64,000 bases of DNA from Eledone cirrhosa (lineage: Eukaryota): assembly GCA_964016885.1 (NCBI GenBank), contig OZ024743.1, positions 257,610,001 to 257,674,000 on the forward strand. Reading direction: 5' to 3'. Position 1 is the first letter of the stretch, and each line of letters starts with the position of its first letter. Both the position numbers and the translations under genes were made by a program. Shown one piece after another: positions 55,725 through 64,000 of this stretch. The notes under the pieces are model-generated. The model ran no database searches. It saw only the letters and a list, made by a program, of their open reading frames with translations, and had not been told where the DNA came from.

Positions 55725-58700
55725 TCATCATCCTCATCATCATCATCACCGTTTTACGTCCGTTCTTCCATGCTAGCATGGGTTAGACGAGTTGTCCTGT
55801 TGTGGGCAGTGTCTAGTTGGCGGACCATGCCTTGCTCATAGAGGAACTGATTTGGTTTGATTTCTACAGCTGGATGCCCTTCCTAACAACAACCTCATTT
55901 ACAGTGAGTGCTGGGTGCTTTTTTGTGACGCCTACACGTCCACTTTACAGTGTGGGCTGGGTGCTTTTTTGCCATGGCACCTTCACGACCACCTTGCAGT
56001 GGGGGGTGTGGGGGCATATTGTCTATATGCTTCAGCTTGTACCCATGGGAGGTCGGGTACTCTGTATTACTGCGTGACGCCAGGGGTCACGGTCGTGTGT
56101 CATCGGCTTTGAGAGGTGTAATTGGGTAAGGTCGGCTTTTATCACCTCATCCCAGGTCATCTTGGGTCTCCCCACTCTGCGGTTTCCATCGACTTCTAGT
56201 GCTCTGCACCTTTTTATGTAGCTGTCATCCTTCATATGCATCACATGTCCATACCAGCGCAACCGCCTCTCCTGCACACAGCATTTGATTCCTCTTATGC
56301 TCAGTCTCTCTCTCAATTCATTTATGCTTTGTCATTCTTAATTAAGCTTCCTGAGATCCCGCTACATCTCTTGTGTACCCATTGTTTGCATTTGGGGCTG
56401 AGAATGGAGTTCCTACATACACCTTTCCTACATACTGAGCAAGGCCATTTCCCTGAGGGGATCTGGGTTCTGTTTTCTCATCTACTTACAAGGACCTTAG
56501 TCTTTGTCATGTTGACTTTGAGACCCTTTCTTTCTAGTCCCTGCTTCAAAGTTTGGAATTTATTCTTTAGTTCTACCATAGATTCAGCTATAAGTGCGAG
56601 GTCATCAGCATACAGGAGTTCCCATGGGCATCCGGTCTTAAACTCCTCCGTTATTGCCTGCAGGACTATGATGAACAGAAGAGGGCTAAGAACAGAGCCC
56701 TGGTGGACACCAACCTGTACGCTAAATTCCTCGCTATACTCATTGCTAATCCTAACTTTGCTGACTGCTCCCCTATACATGGCTTGTACTGCTTTCACAA
56801 GCCATTCATCTACTCCTAGTTTTCTAAGAGCCCACCAGATTACAGCACGTGGAACTCTGTCAAAGGCTTTCTTAAGGTCGACAAATGCCAGGTAGAGTGG
56901 CTTACTTTTAGCTAGGTACTTTTCCTGTAACTGCCTGACAAGGAAGAGGGCATCAGTGGTGCCTCTTTCTGGTACAAACCCAAATTGCATCTCGTCTAGT
57001 TTCACTCGGTCCCTAATCAACTGTGCTATAACTCTTTCTGTTACTTTCATGACCTGGTCCATCAGCTTTATACCTCTATAGTTTCCTCTATCGAGGGCAT
57101 CACCTTTACCTTTGTAGCAGTTGACAATGATGCTACTGCACCAATCTTTTGGTATGACACCTTCTAGTATTACCTGGTTAACAATATGTGTAGTTATAGT
57201 GTGACCTACAGACCCAGATGCCTTCAGCATCTCGGCAGCTATACCCGATGGACCGGTTGCCTTCCCCATCTTCATATCTTTGATTGCCTTACTTACTACG
57301 TTGCTGCTGACTTGTACTGCTGGCCCCTCTATCGGGTCTACTTGGGTAGGGTCTCTTCTTCCCATGCATTCTCCTCATTTAGTAATCTATCATAATGACT
57401 CTTCCATACATCTTTCTTCTCAGCACTTGTGAGGGCAAGCTCACCTTTATCATTCCGGATAGACTTTTCTCCAATGACATCACAATTCTCTCTGACACAC
57501 TGCCTCGCAATCTTGAACACCTCCTGTTTCTGGTCCTCACGTTGCAAAACATGCTTGAATTTTATATCCTCTGCTTCCCTCCTAGGTAAGTATACTTGTC
57601 GCCTAGATTCCCTCTTGGTCTCTATGTAATGTACCCTGCTCCCCCCGTTCTTCCAATGCCTGTCTCTTGGCCTTAACTGCCTCATCTACCTTATTGTTCC
57701 ACCACCAAGTCACTCGCCCCCTGCTTGAGGTCTTACTCCAGCCACAGACCTCATCCGTCGCCTCTAGTAAGTTATTTTTTAGGAACTCCCAGTTCTCTTC
57801 TACATTGAATGTCTCTATCTGTTCTTCTTTACTGTCATAGGCGTTGAGTAAAATATCTTTAAATCTGTTACTGGTTGAGGGGTCTTTCAGCTTCCAGGTC
57901 TTTCTTCTCCAGGTTGGCCTCTGTTTCCAGGTTCGTCTAGTTCTGACTGTGAGGTCGCTGACAACTAAGCTATGTTAGGAGGTACATTCCTCACTAGGGA
58001 AGGCTTTTGTGTTTACGACCGTCCATCTGTCACGTCCTCTGATGAGGATAAAATCTATCTGACTAGAGTGCTCCCCTGATCTATAGGTGATCAGGTGGTT
58101 GTCGGGTTTTTTAAAGTTTGTGTTACATATTGACATGTCATTGGCGTCGCAGAATTCTAGAAGTCTGAATCCTTCCTCATTTCTTGTGCCAACCCCATGG
58201 CCTCCATGTACTCTATTGAAGCCATCGCAGTGTTTACCTATGTGTCCATTAAAATCTCCTGCGATGATTAGTAAGTCATTGTCATCTGTTAGAGCAGTAG
58301 TGTGCATTAGGGACTCGTAAAACCTATCCTTAAGTTCGTCTGGCAGCTCCGATTGGGGTGCGTAAGCTGATATTATTGTGGTAATCGTTTTATTCAGGAC
58401 TAGTCTGAGTTTAATGATTCTTGCATTTACCCTGTACACTGAGATTACTTTATCTACCCACTTGTCAGCTAGTAGTATACCTACACCACCCATCCCATCG
58501 TCATTTCCCACCCAGAAAAATTTGTAGCACCGACGTTTTCCTACAAGGACTCTAGCAGACTCTTCTATCCATCTAGTCTCTTGCACACAACATACATCAA
58601 TTTCCTTTCGCTCTAGCATTTCTATGATTTCTCCTGCTCTTCCTTTCATTGTGCCTACATTGATGGTATCAACTCGGAGTTTTGGGCATTTGTCGACACT

Positions 58701-59030
58701 CGTAGCAAGGGTCTCTGGATTGGCGCTTAACATGGGTGCTTGGTAGCTCGCACATTCATATTTCATCTATTAATTCAGAGTTGCTCAAATTTATTCTCAG
58801 CTCAACCATCCATAACGGTAGGAACATAGTAGGAAAATATTTGGCTAATTTAAAAAGAAAATTAGCCTCCTGATTCTTTCAGAGCATGAATTAGTTCTTA
58901 ACACTTAACAAAATGATGTAATTAGATCTCTTTAATTCTCTTTGCATACAATTCCCCATAAATCATCAAGTTCTATTTTCTAAAGGCAATATTTGTTCGT
59001 AATATTTGTTCGTAATATCTGCATCCATGG
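55725..59030 (-). mobile_element. RTE LINE subfamily B with an internal deletion and frameshifts; retains its N-terminus and probable 5' UTR
   Basis: APE 58766-57975 (INVGTMKGR), RT 57365-56478 (YADD), PHD-like finger cut near 56340 and joined to the C-terminus; (ATG)n tail; 5' boundary approximate. Confidence 0.92.
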
Positions 59031-59110
59031 ATTGATATATCTGTTTCAGAAGATCCCACAGAAGGGTGAATGCAGAAATTGTTTGCTTATACATTTAATC
59101 TGTGGTTTTA
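59029..59110 (+). ncRNA. Diverged copy of the CAGAAGA hammerhead-like fold
   Basis: GATTGA..TGTTT-CAGAAGA-tCCC acagaa GGGt-GAAT-GCA loop TGC-TT-ATACA-tTTAATC. Confidence 0.5.
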
Positions 59111-59219
59111 TATATATATATATATATATAGTAATATATATATATATATATATATAGTAATATATATATATATATAGTAATATATATATATATATATATA
59201 TAGTAATATATATATATAT

Positions 59220-59608
59220 AGGGCAGGTAAAATTCTCGAGATCCATGGACAAGTTCTCTTCAGCGGTCTCTGTCCCTCATTATCGCTGCCATGATCTGCG
59301 TCTCCAAGAGACCAGTGTCTGTCCTTAGGACATCAACATATGTTAACCTCGGTCTTCCTCTTCCAGTGTGTCCATGCAGGGGCTCCCACAGGAGCACTGA
59401 CTGCAGTGTCAACTCTGGATGTCGGTGAGCATGTCCAGCTAACCTCAGTCTCCTCTGTGCCATTCTCGATCTGACTTTTGGGAGGCTCCCGTACAGCAGC
59501 ACAGATTCCACTACAGCAACGAAGAGACGGATCTTCAGCTCTTTACTAAGGTTCGACTTCCACACGGATCTCAAACTGTGGCACGCCGCCCAGACTTTGC
59601 TCTTCCTG
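59220..59608 (-). mobile_element. RTE-like 3' fragment related to the 29712 family, internally deleted
   Basis: LKIRLFVAVVESVLLYGS joined to LPKVRS...HRHPEL...WEPLHG. Confidence 0.88.
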
Positions 59609-59634
59609 GGATAAATGGTATATATATATATATA

Positions 59635-60088
59635 GCATTTAAGTTAAGTAGTTTAACAATGAGTAGAAGTGGTCATTCCGGATAATAGACCATATTGTAA
59701 TAGTAAGAAAAGCACTCTACATTATGCAACTCATCCATTGTATATGTAGAATCTAGAAACAACAGAAACAACAGAAGGCCAGGTTGAAGATATACTGTTA
59801 AAGTTTTAATGTTGCAAGAAACACTATACATATTTTAAGGCCCAGTTACATCATCAAATCATGTTGCAAGACCTTGGCAACATTGTCAGTAAACACAACA
59901 GAGAATATTCTTGATCCAGAGATGGCTCGCAAAATTCGAAGTTATTGTTTTGTGCAATCTGCAACTGATGATGTCGCCAAAGTCTTGCGTCATGATCGGA
60001 TGATATAACTTGGCCACTGAAATATATGTAGTGTTTTCTGCATCTTTCAAACCTTAAAATGATATTTCCAGCCTGGTCTTCTGATGTT

Positions 60089-60090
<2 letters not shown>
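59635..60090. repeat. Diverged fold-back element with a decayed HHR core; relative at 61621-61862
   Basis: 59770-59891 is a diverged reverse complement of 59963-60089; CTGATGA-tGTCGCCAA...TTGGCCACt-GAAA at 59965-60022. Confidence 0.6.
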
Positions 60091-60119
<29 letters not shown>

Positions 60120-60540
60120 TAAAATAACAGATTAAAGTTTAAGCAAACAATCGGTGCTTTGATATATATTTATCCTTATCGAGCCCTCTTTGGATTTTAG
60201 TCTTCAAATTTATTATTATTACTATATCATCATCATCATCATCATCACCGTTTTACGTCTGTTCTTCCACGCTAGCATGGGTTAGACGGGTTGTCCTGTT
60301 GTGGGCAGTGTCCAGTCAGCTGACCTTCTCTTGCTCATATGGGAACTGATTCTGGCTTGATTTCTACAGCTGGATGCCCTTCCTAACACCAACCTTATTT
60401 ACAGTGAGTGCTGGGTGCTTTTTTGCCGTGGCACCTCCACGACCACTTTGCAGTGGAATGATATGGACCCCAGTCCCTATCATCTCATTTCTACAGCTGA
60501 GTAAACTGGAGCAATGTGAAATAAAGTGTCTTGCTCAAGG

Positions 60541-60616
<76 letters not shown>

Positions 60617-61338
60617 GTATATATACATATGTATATATACATATATACATACACATCTCTAAGTATCTAGGAAAAGATATATATGTATACATATGCATAT
60701 ATCTGTGTGAGTGAAACATGTTCCTCTGGCTTGACAAAGGGACAGCCTGTCCTACCCATGCTAGCATGGAAAATGGACGTTAAACGATGATGATGATATG
60801 TGTTTGTGTGTATAAATCTACATACATTGCATTTATACATATTTAATACAACCACATAGTTACTTCCTACTTGCATTATATATATATATATATACATATA
60901 TATACATACACATACATACAATTATACACATATATCATAAATCCGAATTTCTGTTGGAACTTGAATATAGGTTGATATTATATTTTCAATACTTGTTATT
61001 TGTAAATTGCTATCAATAATGGATATAATGACAATAACTAAGCAAGTAACACTAATTCACTTATCTACTAACAACTACACAATGTCGTGAATATCTGTTT
61101 ATCGGAATATCCAAATATTGCTCAACGACAAAAGCATTGAATTGACATGGAAGTATGCTATTAGAATTGGTTTCACTCAGTTATAAACTGTTATCATTAC
61201 TTCAACATTTACATATCGAAGTTATAGGATCAGCTTATAAACATTACAATGGAAACTTTCAATAACAAACACCAAAAAAAAAATATAGTCAGCTGGAAGA
61301 TGTAAAAGTGTAAAAGAATACACATCTATCTATATATG

Positions 61339-61370
<32 letters not shown>

Positions 61371-61574
61371 GTTTAAAAAATCCAGCCTTCTGGGCAGTTT
61401 TCTGCTGGTAGATTTATATTTATGTGTGTGTGTGTGAGTGTGTGTGTGTGTATATTTTAACATTTTCCTGTTAAGAAGGATTATATATCTATGACCATTA
61501 AACGACGATGATGATGTATATATATATGTCTAAATATATTATATGCAATACATACAAACATACATATATATATA

Positions 61575-61621
<47 letters not shown>

Positions 61622-62978
61622 GCATTTAAATTTGGTGGTTTACCACTAGGTAGAATTAGTCATTCTGCAATGTTAATCATGATGTAAAATGAGAAAAGCA
61701 CTCAACATTATGTAACTCATTCATCTTCAATATTGAATCATGTTAATGGTGTGAGAATGGAGTAAATGTATTATAAAGTGAAATGACAGGAGCCAAATAT
61801 GTTGAATTTCCTTAGTTTGTTATTACTGTAAACAATATGCACATTTCAGTGGCCAGGTTGTGTAAACATACATACATACACGCACATATATATGTGTGTG
61901 TTTGTCTTTTTATGTCGAAATATATTACATGCAATACAAACAGACAGACAACTGACAGGCAGACAAATATATCAGAGGTGAGGTGGTTATGTCTTGCTCG
62001 TACATTTCCTATTTGGCTTGGTTTCTATGGTTGGTGCCCTTCTTAACTACAAATTCTTGACAGGGTACACTGGATGCATTGATTTGTGGAACAATATCGA
62101 CCACTTTACTGAGTAGACTGGGTATGTTTTAACATGGTATCAATACTAGAGAGGTTGTTAAGTTCTTAACAAAATCAAATACTCATCTAACTTAAAACAA
62201 TCTTGTTGGTTCATCAACCGTTTTACAAAGAGTACTGAGTGCAATTTCATCACAACACCTAAATGAAAGGGGTTGTCCCTTTCCCTGCAGGCTAAAAGTG
62301 ACCTATTCCTTTCATGTGGTTATCACCTTTTCACCATATTCTAGCGTTGTATTGCTTGTACTAGTGGGTGGGTCCTTTTTTGGTATGGAAATACAAGCCA
62401 TGTAACACTCAAATTAAATGCAATGAGAGGTTGGAAACTGCATATATATGTGTATGTGGGTGCACATGTGAATGTGTGTGTGTATATATATATACATATA
62501 CACAATTATACTTACACATATATGTGTATATATATATATATGTATATACAATTATACTAATACATCTACATGTAGACATGCACTAATTCACACACACTCA
62601 CACTTTATAATAACTTCATGGATATTCATGAGATTCAAAATAAAAAGAAAATGATGAAAAAAAGAAGAGAAAAATCATAGCAATATCTTGTATAGAGTTG
62701 CTATCCTGGAATCTTGTTTCTATGTCAAATTACAGATTCCTTCCTTAAAAGGCAAAGAATACTAACAAGGGAACTATAAAAAACATAGTCACAATAACAC
62801 ACTGATTTATGAGCTAACTATGGTGTGCAGAAAATCCCACTTATCTAATAAAAAAATAAATAACTTATTGATTTATTGACCCAAATCTGCAAACCTTAAA
62901 TTGATCTAACACCTTTATAAATTACCAACAGTTTGGTATTGATTTCTGTAGATGACTAAAGATGGTAAATATCACGTT

Positions 62979-63410
62979 TTAACCCTTTCATTACCATATT
63001 TCTAATGAAAGCAACTGCCTATGCTTTTCAAATCATTTTGAATATATTCAAGAATTTGGAAGAATTTAGTATTTTAACTATCTCATTAACCTTTTCCTAA
63101 CCAAATTTCTAATGAGACACACTGCCTAATATTTTTAAATCATTTTGTTTAGAACATAAAAGGTTTTATATAAAGTGATAGATGTGTTTTATATAAATAT
63201 AAATATTTTAACACATTTTTTAATTTAGCATATAAATATTAGACCCTGAAAGGCATTACCAAATATTTCAATTCATTTTGAAAATACTGAACAATTCAAA
63301 AGGATTTAGGAATGTAACTTACTCCTTATTAAGCTGGTGTTTGGAGTATAACTTAAAGGCTCTTAAATGAATTTATGATGGAAGGTTTTTAAACAAATAC
63401 AATCACTTTA
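62979..63410 (+). repeat. Three diverged copies of a TTAACCCTTT-starting unit, possibly piggyBac-like MITE ends
   Basis: TTAACC(C)TTT..ACCA(T/A)ATTTCTAATGA..ACTGCCTA..AAATCATTTTG at 62979, 63086 and a weaker copy near 63240. Confidence 0.45.
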
Positions 63411-64000
63411 ATGTTTTGTATTATATAACCAGGGTAAAAAACAAAAGACATGCATAATTTGACATATTCTTGTTGAAGGAGAAAAATGAAGTGTTTTCTA
63501 AAAAAAAAAAAGGGAAAAAGAAACGAAAAAAAAAAAGAATAGCATTTTACACCCAGATGAGATAACTTATTTATTCTGACATTGGTAATTCCATTGTTAT
63601 ATGCAAGAAGCAGAGCTGAAATAAAATGATAAGTTTTATTACCTTGCTCAGTATAGATATGGGAATGAAAGAATAACAATAAAATACATAGCTTCAAAAT
63701 AAGATATCTCTCACATTAACATGTCAGCCATTGAAGAAATGTTGCAAGCTCTTCATATTCCATTGGGTGACATCCAATTCTGTGACACAACAACTAACAG
63801 AACAATAAACAAACCGAGGATAGTCACCAGCCTAATTCACAAGAATCACATTTGTTTTGCAGCAATACTTATTGCTACTAGTACATAACTTGTTGTTTTA
63901 AATGGATGGGGAATAAGTAATATTTAGTTTCTTCACTAAATCTATAACAATGCTATATTTGTATGTATATATGTATGAATTTAGTCCTGGTGCAATTGTG

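Overview
AT-rich animal genomic DNA with no host gene that I can support. The (TA)n-rich landscape, RTE LINEs with (ATG)n tails and tRNA-derived SINEs suggest a cephalopod (octopus-like), which is an inference. The window is a nest of retroelements, many bounded by (TA)n microsatellites: one RTE LINE with an uninterrupted ~1005-codon ORF, several decayed RTE, CR1-group, R4/Dong-like and L1/Tx1-like LINEs, two SINE families, and at least four Penelope-like element (PLE) remnants including a Naiad-type copy with ~900 bp inverted arms. The signal missed by the ORF track is a high density of type I hammerhead ribozyme (HHR) folds: about a dozen well-formed or variant copies plus decayed ones, from several families. 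Many sit in non-coding, (TA)n-flanked tandem (466, 487, ~353 nt units) or fold-back elements resembling retrozymes or non-autonomous PLE derivatives. One family shows stem covariation and a CTA(W)4TAG (MEF2-type) box 162-171 nt upstream of the core. Another carries a conserved non-canonical CAGAAGA core. All folds were paired by eye and none is tested; coordinates are hand-counted and may be off by a few bases.
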